Origin: Flectonema sp. DT1601
Lineage: Eukaryota
Length of the DNA stretch: 64,000 nt
Assembly (NCBI GenBank): GCA_964019425.1
Contig: OZ025784.1
Coordinates: 1,488,001 to 1,552,000 of the forward strand
Direction of reading: 5' to 3'
Shown: piece after piece, positions 1 through 10,016 of the stretch
Layout: the number at the start of each line of letters is the position of its first letter
Position numbering within the stretch: position 1 is the stretch's first letter
Position numbers and translations under genes: made by a program
The notes under the pieces: model-generated
Database searches by the model: none
What the model was told of the DNA's origin: nothing
The model's input: the letters and a program-made list of their open reading frames with translations, nothing else

Positions 1-53
1 GGGTTTGCTCTCCTGCCATACTTTTCCTCAAAAATAATAAAATGTTAAAACAG

Positions 54-167
54 ACTCCTCAAAAGAAGACGAAGAAGAAGACAACCAAACCAGCCAAACC
101 GGCGAAGAAGATGCCGAAAGTATTCACTAAGCAGTCTGACAAAAAGCCAAAATACGGAAAACCCTGA
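54..167 (+). CDS. Probable terminal exon of a gene starting upstream of the window (frame uncertain)
   Basis: A-rich ...aaaacAG acceptor at 52-53, like the other introns here. The open frame TPQKKTKKK...KYGKP* ends at 167; an acidic alternative frame (DSSKEDEEED...) is also possible. Confidence 0.3.
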   Translation, partial: TPQKKTKKKTTKPAKPAKKMPKVFTKQSDKKPKYGKP

Positions 168-654
168 AGGGTGGGCACCGTTGGTTTGATCATCACAATA
201 GCTGCGTAGTTGAACAATCGACGAGACAATAAGAATATGATTGTGTCTGCACTAAATTAGTAGGAAATGGCGCAGAACTACAGCAGTATTTTTATATGCA
301 TGTCCGAGATCAGGGCTCTGTGCCTCACGATCTACAATAGTACCGTCATTCCTGTTACGTAAAGAATAATTCTTTTGCTTTCGTTCTTGCTGAAAGTGAG
401 AACTAAAGCGACGAGGTAGACCTGATTACCAACACTTAAGAAAGATTTAATAATTGAAAGAAGGAAGAAAACAAACAAACAAAAAAAAAAAAAAAAAAAA
501 AAACAGTGTGGGTGACGTGTAGTAGTCACGCAGTGTGTATTTTTGCGGGCGCTTCGTCGTCTCGGTCACATCTTAGAACAGATTGACAGTTACAGAATAT
601 TAGAAATTGTTTTTTTCCTCCAACCCAAAACAGGCTACTTTACAAAACAATAAA

Positions 655-1158
655 ATGCTTCGCAGGTGTACTGCGCGGCTTTCGACAAGGGCATCTGAGT
701 CATATTTACATGATGGTGAGTTAGCCTTTGATCATCATAAAAAGATTATGAGATCGAAAGAAGGAATGCCTAGAACTGGTGTTGGATACACACCCCCAAC
801 ATGGGCCATGGCTCATCCGGCATCGTTTAGAGAAATGAAGAACGTTTCCGACAACACACCAATTGAAGGTGAGCTTCACGCAGAAGGAGCGTACCCAAAT
901 ATAGCAGTAATTGCTCTTGCTTTTTTCTTTTTTTGTTTCTATTTATTCCTTGGGATGTATGACGGTAAGAGAATCTACTACCTAACACCAGATCCTGATC
1001 GCACAAGTAAATATATTAAGTTTGCGCCACATCCAGTACGCTACGGCAATGAACCCCTTGTTAACGAGGAGAACCGTGGAGGCATGTGCATCATTCGACC
1101 AGGCCCTGACTTAACCAAGATAAAATCTCACCCTTTCACTGCAAATATGGGTCATTAG
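655..1158 (+). CDS. Hypothetical single-pass membrane protein, probably mitochondrial (167 aa)
   Basis: ATG at 655 after an AG at 632-633. N-terminus MLRRCTARLS resembles euglenozoan mitochondrial presequences. One hydrophobic segment, IAVIALAFFFFCFYLFLGM. Confidence 0.7.
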   Translation: MLRRCTARLSTRASESYLHDGELAFDHHKKIMRSKEGMPRTGVGYTPPTWAMAHPASFREMKNVSDNTPIEGELHAEGAYPNIAVIALAFFFFCFYLFLGMYDGKRIYYLTPDPDRTSKYIKFAPHPVRYGNEPLVNEENRGGMCIIRPGPDLTKIKSHPFTANMGH

Positions 1159-1869
1159 TTGTTTTAGTTTCTTGAGTGTCTTTTTTTTTTTTTTTTTTTT
1201 TTTGTTTCCCGTCTCTTCCTTGGTGAGTATTTTTTTTTAGGGAAAAAAAATATATAGGAGGGGGGAGGGAGGGGAGAAAACCAGCAGAAAGAATGAAAAC
1301 AACAACCACGTTTGGTCAAAGACTAATACTACTACATATCTAACTCATGTAAATTAGGGTAAGTTAATTACAGGGGATCTAACAATGTGTGAGTGGTACT
1401 TTTCACAGGCCAGTTAACCTTTTTAATTTCAGTCTGCTTGACAAGTTTATCTGCCGCAATCTGAATTTTCGTAACATATTTTTTTTAATTGTAGTTATTT
1501 TTAGTGTCCAAAACTCAAAGAAAAAAAAAAGTGTTCATCACAAGTTGTGGTGTATTGGTTGGTAAATTAAATGTGTTTGGGGGTCTTTAATTTATTTCTT
1601 TCTCCTCAGCCTTCACTTCACTGATTTTCTCAGCATAACTATCGTTTTTTTTTTCATCTCGAAGACATGGTTTACGATCGAAAGAGAATTGTGAATTGTG
1701 GCAGCGTAACGTTAACACCCTTTTACTTTATAGGCTTTGTTTCCGGTTGCGCACAAACAAAAACAAAAGTGTGAGAATTATTTAGTGAGGTGCCGATTCT
1801 TTTTTTTTTTTTTTTTTTTTTTTCTTTTTGCGAAGACATTCCTCAATTTATTCCAAAGAAGCAGGTCAT

Positions 1870-2612
1870 ATGTTGGCCGCCAATTCTGATGCGGTCAGCA
1901 ATTGGCTACGACAGCAAAAGGCTGCCGGAGGCGGAGAGATAACATCATCTTGGGAGGATGGAGTTGAAGCAAGTAGTAGTGAGAACTTAAGCACAGTTGA
2001 TGGTGAGGAAGCAGTGTTGGAAGCGATTGCCAAAGAGAGCGAATCAGTTCCTACAACTGCTGATGAGGAAAATGAATTAATTAATCAACTCGATGAGTCT
2101 TCTCAACTAACTAGCACAGTAAGTGGTGAGGCAAACGTTATTCTTGATCTTGAAAAGATCACAACGCCTGGAGCTCCACCAGCCGATCCTGCGAAATGTA
2201 TTTCTTTACTATCTTCTCTTACACGATCAATATTTCAACGATCTAATCTAATGGTGTTGTGTTTCCTTGACGGATACTCGGTTTTCAAGGCAGACTACCA
2301 GCAGTACCTCACAACTCAGCACCAAGAGCTGTTCCTTTGTTTGGAAAAGCTTCCTGTTGAATATCGCATAGCTCTTCCTGATCCCCCGTCAGTCCCTCCT
2401 CCTGATGAGTTTTCTACGCTGCAGCACGTTCAAAAATATAATGAGGAATCCTTAAAGGTATGTCCTTATCCAGAGTAAGGAATCAGCCAGGTATTCCAGA
2501 AAAAAACATCACCTCCTAATAACAGATACTACTGGCTTGGTTACCAGTTGACAGGGAAAGCTCTCGAAAGCTTTCTGTTTCTCAATTATTGAAGAAATAC
2601 AGAAATCCATAA
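1870..2612 (+). CDS. Hypothetical acidic protein, 2 exons: join(1870..2457,2526..2612)
   Basis: Removing the intron GTATG(2458)...ctaataacAG(2525) gives an in-frame continuation ILLAWLPVDR...YRNP*. Confidence 0.6.
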
Positions 2613-3201
2613 TACTAACTTATCTTACGCAGAAACCGTTTCGTTTACAAAAGAGGCTCCGAATGATTGCAATTTTGTTGTTTTTGATATGTGTTTTTTT
2701 TTTTTTTTTTTTTTTTAATTTTTATCATTGTATTTCTCTTATCAGGCACAAAACATGATGTTTCCAGATGATTTTTTTTTTTTTTTTTTTGTGTATTTTT
2801 TGAAAAAAATACCTGCATAGTACTTCCCAGAAGAACACAGGCCAACTTCAATTTTCTCACAACAAAATTAATTCCCGGTGAGAATGCTGATTACTTGTCT
2901 GAATATTCCAGTCTTAATGAGATGTGAATCTACTCAAAAGGCAAAAGCGTATCAGTGACAAGGCACAGTCGGAGCAATTGCTCCACCCCAGATATAATTG
3001 TAGGATCAATTACCCCTGGATGGTCAGATCCCCGGCCGGAAATCCCAAGTGCCAAACCAGACAACCATCCGCGGTAAGTATCATCTAAGACGTTCCGACA
3101 GAGAAAATATCTTTATTTGGTTTACCAGAGGGATTTGTTATTTCTGACTGTTGTCGCACGGCATCTAACACTTCTTGTCTTTCAGTAGATTACTCAAAAC
3201 A

Positions 3202-4464
3202 ATGCAAGTTTTTGTGACATGCTCGGATTTAGGACTCCCCGCTGTGCCAGTCATAGTTGGTGCTGAATCAGTTGTGAGCGACGTGTTGAATGCGGCGGCT
3301 GTTGAGTGGGATGTCGATCCGGAGGAAGTTGAACTCTCATTCGCTGGTGAAACACTTTGTGAAACTGAGCGGTTAGCAGATCATGGAGTGGGCGCAGACA
3401 GCGAGTTGGAAATGTGGAAGAAGCGGTTTCAGTTATTTGGTAAATGCTGGTTTATTGATGATTCGAAGCGTGAGAAGCTGCTTCAATGGCTTGAAGACCA
3501 CGATGAGGAATACTTAAACCTGGACACTCCTACATTCTCAGAATACGGTCGCCTAAGTGTTGACAATAGTTTGCTGCCTTCAAATGCTGAACGGATTTCT
3601 TTCCGCAATTCAAATTCCGACATCACAGTCATCTCACAAAACTTCCTGCACGGCTCTTCAATCACTTCTGTTGACCTTTCGGGTCTAAGCAGTATCACCA
3701 CTATTGGAAATTGTTTCTTGTCTTCCTGTTTACGAATCACTGCTGTTGACCTTTCAGGTTTTAGTAGTGTTACTACTATTGGAAATAATTTCTTGTTTAT
3801 TTGTTCACAAATCACATCTCTTGACCTTTCTTGTCTTAGTAGTGCCACCACTATTGGAGATTATTTCTTATTTCGCTGTTCACAACTCACTTCTCTTGAC
3901 CTTTCTTGTCTTAGCAGTGTCACCACTGTTGGAGATACTTTCCTGTCTTTCTGTACACAACTCACTTCTCTTGACCTTTCAAGTCTTAGTAGTGTTACTA
4001 CCATTGGAAGTTTTTTCTTGTCTTCCTGTTCACAACTCACTTCTCTTGACCTTTCAGGACTAAGTAGTGTTACTACTATTGGAAATCGTTTCTTGTGTTC
4101 CTGTTCACAACTCACTGCTGTTGACCTTTCAGGTTTTGGTAGTGTCATCACTATTGGAAGTTTCTTTTTGTCTTTCTGTTCAAAAATCGCTTCTCTTGAC
4201 CTTTCTTGTCTTAGTAGTGTCACCACTATTGGTGATAATTTCCTGTGCTACTGTTCGCGAATCACTTCTCTTGACCTTTCAGGTCTTACTTGTACAACTA
4301 ACATAGGAGATGAATTCCTGACAGATAGCATCGCCCTTGACTCTGTTCAGCTGCCTATAAATAATAGCGCTGTCTTCGAGCGGTGTCGTGAAAAGCGAGG
4401 TTGTGGATCATTTCTTAAATGCTTGTTTTGTTGTTTTAATGCAGATAAGTATACGGGAATTTAG
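3202..4464 (+). CDS. Ubiquitin-like N-terminal domain plus ~10 x 25-aa LRR (BspA/TpLRR-like) protein, paralog 1
   Basis: MQVFV...VELSFAGETL...LADHGVGADSELEM fits a beta-grasp pattern. The 75-bp repeat encodes VTTIGxxFLxxCSQLTSLDLSxLSS. Cys-rich C-terminus KCLFCCF. Confidence 0.85.
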   Translation: MQVFVTCSDLGLPAVPVIVGAESVVSDVLNAAAVEWDVDPEEVELSFAGETLCETERLADHGVGADSELEMWKKRFQLFGKCWFIDDSKREKLLQWLEDHDEEYLNLDTPTFSEYGRLSVDNSLLPSNAERISFRNSNSDITVISQNFLHGSSITSVDLSGLSSITTIGNCFLSSCLRITAVDLSGFSSVTTIGNNFLFICSQITSLDLSCLSSATTIGDYFLFRCSQLTSLDLSCLSSVTTVGDTFLSFCTQLTSLDLSSLSSVTTIGSFFLSSCSQLTSLDLSGLSSVTTIGNRFLCSCSQLTAVDLSGFGSVITIGSFFLSFCSKIASLDLSCLSSVTTIGDNFLCYCSRITSLDLSGLTCTTNIGDEFLTDSIALDSVQLPINNSAVFERCREKRGCGSFLKCLFCCFNADKYTGI

Positions 4465-5708
4465 AGAAATTTTGTTGACCTTTTAGTTTCCTTTTTTTTT
4501 AATTTTAGAGCGGTATGGCTGAAGATAATGTTTTGTTTTCACCTCCGGGATTTTTTTTTGTTGAATTATGAAACCTACGCTCTACCGTATTACATGAAAC
4601 GCTGGTTTTGGTTTCCCAGGTAGAATAACTCGATTCCGTACTGCACTGAATGACAACACGGGAAAAAGAGAGGTGTATGCACCAACATTACCTTTAGTCA
4701 TCTGTATCTCAGAACTAATGTTAAATTATCGTTATGTTGTTTTTATGAAACAATACATTTGTATTTTACGTACAAAATCGAACAGTTAGCCCCGAAGACT
4801 ATGGGGCACTTTGCCGCTTACTGGCTGTTGACCATCACGTTTCCTTTTTTGTTGGTAGTAATGTGCTATGTTTCAACATTTCAACAGTTTTTTTTTTTCT
4901 TGTAAGACTCACGAGTATTTATTGTTAATAACTATAACGTCTTGAAACTTAACTATGGCCAACGAATGTGTATTTTTAGTATTTGCGTGCAGCTGAACTA
5001 TGTTCACGTGGCCACCAGTGACAGTCAAGATAGTCTAAGAGTGTATCAATTTACCCCTTTATATTTACTGTTTCTACATCGTTAAACTATCACCCCTTTT
5101 CTTGCATTTAACAAGTATTGTGAGAGCGCAAAAGAATGTGTTGTGGCACATGTAAACCTTTAGCTTAATCGGTTTAAGTCCGTTTCACAAACGTTCTGCA
5201 CCGAGACATACAACAAATGTTTGTTTTTTAGGACATACACTCTTTTTCTGTGTGCCATAACCGGATCCGTCGCAGTTATGACTTTAAACTGAGTATCATC
5301 TTACCTGATCCTTTTGGTTTTCATTTCTTGCTGAGTGATATGGCTATGGGCTGCCCAATTTTTTGTGGAACTTTTCTAAAGCTTTTCGGTAAGCCTACAG
5401 TACAATTATAATGCTTTGGACAACTGGGGGTGAACGATCCTCGGTACTGTTCCGGGGGTTCTTTCGTGGAGTGTGGGCATATGGCACATGTGGTCGTATT
5501 ATAAAGAAGGATGTATATGAATGAAAGAAGAATTCTTATATTTTTCACCTTCCCCCTCGCTCCCAGATTATTTCTCTTTTATTTTCTTTAGTAACCTGTT
5601 AGCCTCTGGGCAAGGTGGAGGCTGGAAGTCAATCACTTCCAGCCAATGCTATGAAACTACAATCTTCGCGATTGGGTCCTTACTCTGTTATTGACGTTAG
5701 TTGCTCAA

Positions 5709-5916
5709 CTTATACTACAACGATGTTACGGCATCGCTTTGAATAAGATTGCGAAAACTTTTGGAGCAAACTGATAGGATGTGGACTCAACCAGTGTACA
5801 CAATCACAGGCACTCCAGGCATCGGCAAGACGACCTTCCGCTTTTGGATACTGGAGCTTCGTGGGATGGAATTGCTCATTCTCGCTGGTTCGGTTAATAT
5901 TGGGTTTACTAAATAA
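5709..5916 (+). pseudogene. Fragment of a Crinkler/RHS-type P-loop NTPase
   Basis: ITGTPGIGKTTFRFWIL (Walker A at 5809-5832), preceded in another frame by LILQRCYGIALNKI. Stops and a frameshift are present. Confidence 0.55.
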
Positions 5917-6334
5917 TGGCTTAGTTAAATAATTTATCAAATTACTTTCCTCCCCATTTTATTTTTATTCTTTATTTCCTTTATTATTTTTGCAAAAATA
6001 GTTTTCCTTTTTTTAATTTTCCTTTAATATTTATTTACCTTTAAAGTGTGAAGGAATACTATTTTAAGCTGTAACGGGCTACAGGGCATGGGACGCTCAA
6101 CCTGTAGTGCGTGGCCCCCGAATCCCCATATTCGACAGCACATATAACTGTTGATTTCTTATATTGCAGCCAGGTTTGGCCGAATCCTATTCTCGTTTTT
6201 GCCAGTTTCAAGTTGCTTTCCATTTAATATTAGTATCAAGTTACTCCCCATACTACAGGATAACGAGATAAGACAAAAAATATATGTTTTTGCATTGTCA
6301 AAGTTTTACCCCCATGCATAACAAACATTTTGGT

Positions 6335-6395
6335 TAGCCTCACGGCTCGTAGCCCCACGCTTCACGGCTCGTAGCCTCAAGCCTCTTAGCCTCAC
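6335..6395. repeat. Short degenerate minisatellite (tagcctcacggctcg-like, ~4 units)
   Basis: Repeated tagcc(t/c)ca(c/a) motif read directly from the sequence. Confidence 0.5.
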
Positions 6396-6653
6396 CACTT
6401 GTGATCCCAGAAAGCGTGACTGTCAGATTTACACTGCTTCTTACCCCAACACAATCAATAGATGTGTTTATTTATCGCTAGAACAAGAAATAACTCACCG
6501 AAGAACAGAAAGGACTTTCGGAAAAGACATATTTTCTAAATCATTCACAACAACGGTTTATCGAACTTATTTCTGCAAAGTGTGTGACAATTCTAAGAGA
6601 TGAGAAACTCATATTTTTGTCATATAACAGGTTGTTTGTTAAGCAAATCATGG

Positions 6654-8362
6654 ATAGGTTGGGACTAATTGTGCACCAAAAAAAAACAGGTTTGTTTGAA
6701 GAAACATGTTTTAAACGTTTGTTAATCTCATCATACTCCAGCCATTCATCATCATATTTCGTAGGTTACTCAGGTGAGTTAAAATGCAACTCTCGGTTAC
6801 GTTCCCAGACACAGGATTTCCTGACGTTGTTTTCACAGCCACTGGAGAGTCGCTCGTGAAGGATGCATTGCAGGTTGCAGCTGATGAGTGGGGTACCGAT
6901 GCTGACTTTCTTGAACTTTCTCTCGCAGGATCGCGGCTTGCAGCAAGTAGTCGACTGGTGTCGTACGGAATGGAAGACGGCTCGCTGTTGGATGCATCGG
7001 TAATACACTTGTTTGGGTTGGAATGGTTCACAGATGCTGCAAAGAGAGAGAAGGCATTCCTACAAGGTGAACGTGATCAGGACGGGTTTTTCTGCCTTGA
7101 TACTCCAACATTCGCTGTGGATGGCTGTCTTCAGTTTAACAACAGTGAGTGGTTCTCGGATGATGTTACGAACGTCTCATTCAGCAACTCTGAACCCTCA
7201 GTCACGACCGTTTCGGATGATTTCTTATCCTCATCTTGTGAGGTTATAAAGGTCAGTCTGCCTGGTCTTCAATACGTCACATCTGTTGGTAATGATTTCC
7301 TCAGAGATTGCTATTCACTGTCATCCGTAGACTTATCAAGTCTAAGAAATGTTTTAGTTGTTGGAGACCATTTTCTATCTTATTGTTCATCCCTCTCATC
7401 TGTTGACTTATCAAGCCTCAGCAATGTTTCAACTGTTGCGAACTCTTTTCTAAGTGATGGTTCATCCCTCACATCTGTTAACTTATCAAGTCTCAGCAAT
7501 GTTTCAGCTGTTGGAGATAATTTTCTATATTATTGTTCATCCCTCACTTCAGTTGACTTATCAAGTCTCAGCAATGTTTCAGTTGTTGGAGACTCTTTTC
7601 TAAGTCAATGTTCATCCCTCACATCTCTGGACTTATCTTGTCTCAGCAATATTTCGGCTGTTGGAGATGCTTTTCTAAATAATTGTTCATCCCTCACATC
7701 TGTTGACTTATCTTGTCTCAGCAATGTTTCAGCTGTTGGAGATTCTTTTCTATATTATTGTTCATCCCTCACATCTGTTGACTTATCTTGTCTCAGCAAT
7801 GTTTCAGTTGTTGGAGACTATTTTCTATCTCATTGTTCATCCCTCACTTCTCTGGACTTATCAAGTCTCAGCAATGTGGAATCTGTTGGGAGTAATTTCC
7901 TAGAAGGTTGTTCATCCATTAAGAAAGACGAACTGCATACGAGCATAAGGAATATGAAATGACAGAAATCTGTTGTTTTAGTGTGTGCGTTGTTCCTTTG
8001 TTTTATTTGAAGGTATTTAATTTATCTTTTATTTGATGGTGTTTTCGGAAAAGATGTGTGTTTGCTCACACTCTTAGCAAGTATTTGTTAATTAAAATTA
8101 AATGTTTAATTACATTGCAATATTGACTGGGTCATATTTTATCAGACTCCCAACCCCATTTGGTATTCCCCCCCGCCCTTCCCCGTCAGTCTGGTCGAAT
8201 CGTAACGGGCCTCCGTGCGTGCGGAAGTAATCTGCTCCCATCTACAGTGTAGATATTTCTTTGAGTTGATCTCATGTTTAAGTAATGCTTTATTCTCTTG
8301 TCTTATTTCCTTCTCAGGTGCAAACAGTGATGGAAAGCGAATTACCGAAATCTTCTCTTTTG
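6654..8362 (+). repeat. Segmental duplication copy A (LRR gene plus flanks)
   Basis: Matches 16192-18006 from ataggttgggactaa to caggtgcaaacagtga...aattaccgaa. Confidence 0.9.
6784..7962 (+). CDS. Ubiquitin-like plus ~10 x 25-aa LRR protein, paralog 2 (392 aa)
   Basis: Intact ORF. Ubl-like N-terminus (LELSLAGSRL...LVSYGMEDGSLL) and 75-bp repeats VSxVGxxFLxxCSSLTSVDLSSLSN. Confidence 0.88.
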   Translation: MQLSVTFPDTGFPDVVFTATGESLVKDALQVAADEWGTDADFLELSLAGSRLAASSRLVSYGMEDGSLLDASVIHLFGLEWFTDAAKREKAFLQGERDQDGFFCLDTPTFAVDGCLQFNNSEWFSDDVTNVSFSNSEPSVTTVSDDFLSSSCEVIKVSLPGLQYVTSVGNDFLRDCYSLSSVDLSSLRNVLVVGDHFLSYCSSLSSVDLSSLSNVSTVANSFLSDGSSLTSVNLSSLSNVSAVGDNFLYYCSSLTSVDLSSLSNVSVVGDSFLSQCSSLTSLDLSCLSNISAVGDAFLNNCSSLTSVDLSCLSNVSAVGDSFLYYCSSLTSVDLSCLSNVSVVGDYFLSHCSSLTSLDLSSLSNVESVGSNFLEGCSSIKKDELHTSIRNMK

Positions 8363-9081
8363 TAAAACCTTTTTTGATAGACGTTTCTGGGTGCCTTTCC
8401 TTGCTGTGATTCTCCAGTGCCGTATCACTTTAGTTTCCTGTAGTGTTGTTACTTTGAGCCTGATTAAGCTCCCTCAAAGTAATTACTAAAACAAGGAACT
8501 CCCCAGGGACTTCACACCATACGACGATGAACAGATAGTGATGTAGTTCATATGTATTCAGTTTTATTATTATTTTTATCAACAATCAATCACATGGCTG
8601 TCATTAACTAGGTGAAAGCCACGGAAGCACACTGCAAACCCGCACTAGAGATCCCGTCCGGGCTCGCGCAAAGTTTTTCTGAATAAAATTTGTAATTCTT
8701 GTTGTATTAATATGCTAACATGAAAATGACAACTCATCCCGCGGCTCGCTTCGCTCGCGCAAGGTTATTTTTGTTTTTGTTTTTCTGAATAAGATTTGTA
8801 AAACAATTTCTCTGTAATACACATCCAAGCAGACTGTTGATAGAAAAGAGAATCGGCTCTTCTAGCATCAGTGGAAGCTTCCCCTTTTCTTGTAATCCAG
8901 AGTCATGATGTAGGTGACGGATTAGATGTATATTGGGATTACAACCCTCATGTTTTCTAACTGTCTGAATAACGACCTTAATTTATTTAAGGTGAGTGCT
9001 CCGCTCACTAATTTTTAATACTTTTTCATTGGATCAAAATACTATTATTTTGCATTACGGACTCACTCGAGTATTGTGATA

Positions 9082-9324
9082 CTTACATTGTCTAGCAGCG
9101 CTAAATATGGATGGATAGTGCTCAGTGGTGCTGAACATGTGTGGGAAGTGCGAACCTGAGTCAATAGTAGATGTGGTATTGGTTGTCTTGTCCCTCGATA
9201 TCCCTTCACTGACGAGTTGCATAGCGAGCTCCTCTACATACCATATGTAGGTACCAATATCTTTACCGCATTTCTTTTGAAGGGTAAGCGTGTTGAACAT
9301 CGAAACATTCAGTAAGTAGTCGAA
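9082..9324 (-). mobile_element. piggyBac-like transposase C-terminal fragment
   Basis: FDYLLNVSMFN...YVEELAMQLV...HFP...RQCK resembles the post-catalytic helices and the start of the Cys-rich domain of piggyBac transposases. Confidence 0.5.
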
Positions 9325-9630
9325 AACCTCATTCAGACACTGCACAGAACAACGGTGCCCGCATCTTTTGCAATCGAGCTCATCAACATGAGACTCGTCG
9401 CAGTTCGAAAGATGCAAGCATCCTCCGAGTGGGTGACACTGCGCTTCTGCAGGCCGCGATTGTGCTCCACTCAACAGTGGAAGGTTCACAATGACATCTC
9501 GTAGTAGTCATTTTGTGTATTTTTTGTTTGTGCGCAACCTGTAGAAAATCCTAATAAAGGAATAGGTTAGTTACGCTGCCACAATTCTCTTTCTATAGGA
9601 CAAAAAAGAAAAAGTGCCGATCAAACTACT

Positions 9631-9739
9631 GTGCAGGTAGACAGGTACACCAAGACGATGGGAGGTGTTAACCTGATGGATAGTGTGAAGGCAAGGATCC
9701 ATTTGATCGATGTACAAGGAATGGCACTACAATCCTTTC
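9631..9739 (+). mobile_element. piggyBac-like transposase fragment (third catalytic Asp region, degenerate)
   Basis: RYTKTMGGVNLMD matches the YNxxMGGVDxxD motif with D->N. After a frameshift comes YKEWHYNPF, similar to KKWxxxxF. Confidence 0.55.
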
Positions 9740-9901
9740 CGTGAGCGCGAAGCAGGCGTTCCGCGTGCAGGAGGGCTTGTTATGAAGGTGAGATCGCTTC
9801 ATCACCTCTCATATTCTCATTTCTGCACGACTATCCAGTGCAAAGACTTATACAAGTCACAGGCAAAGGGAAGGCATTTTTTTCCCCCTTCTAGCGTGGA
9901 T

Positions 9902-9909
9902 AAAAAAAA
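9902..9909 (-). terminator. Pol III oligo(T) terminator of the tRNA
   Basis: T8 run on the minus strand, 1 nt after the discriminator base. Confidence 0.8.
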
Positions 9910-9910
9910 G

Positions 9911-9983
9911 TGGAGATGGAGGGCATCGATCCCTCTACCTCTCGCATGCTGAGCGAGCGCTCTACCATTTGAGCTACACCCCC
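9911..9983 (-). tRNA. tRNA-Ala(AGC), with C at position 33
   Basis: GGGGGTGTAGCTCAAATGGTAGAGCGCTCGCTCAGCATGCGAGAGGTAGAGGGATCGATGCCCTCCATCTCCA forms a full 73-nt cloverleaf with the G3:U70 Ala determinant. Anticodon AGC at 9950-9948; A and B boxes present. Confidence 0.93.
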
Positions 9984-10016
9984 TTCAAAAAAGAAAAGCT
10001 TTTATTTCTTTTTTCG

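Noticed and set aside
2990..3080. ggatggt/accatcc hairpin, or a decayed LINE endonuclease motif (DIIVG...W)
   Set aside because: Too short and degenerate to support either reading.
3660..7880. 75-bp periodic repeats resembling a CRISPR array
   Set aside because: They are in-frame LRR coding units with no unique spacers, and no cas genes are present.
9969..10016. Start of the 363-aa ORF overlapping the tRNA
   Set aside because: Chance open frame upstream of the truncation point; RT similarity starts at about 10017.
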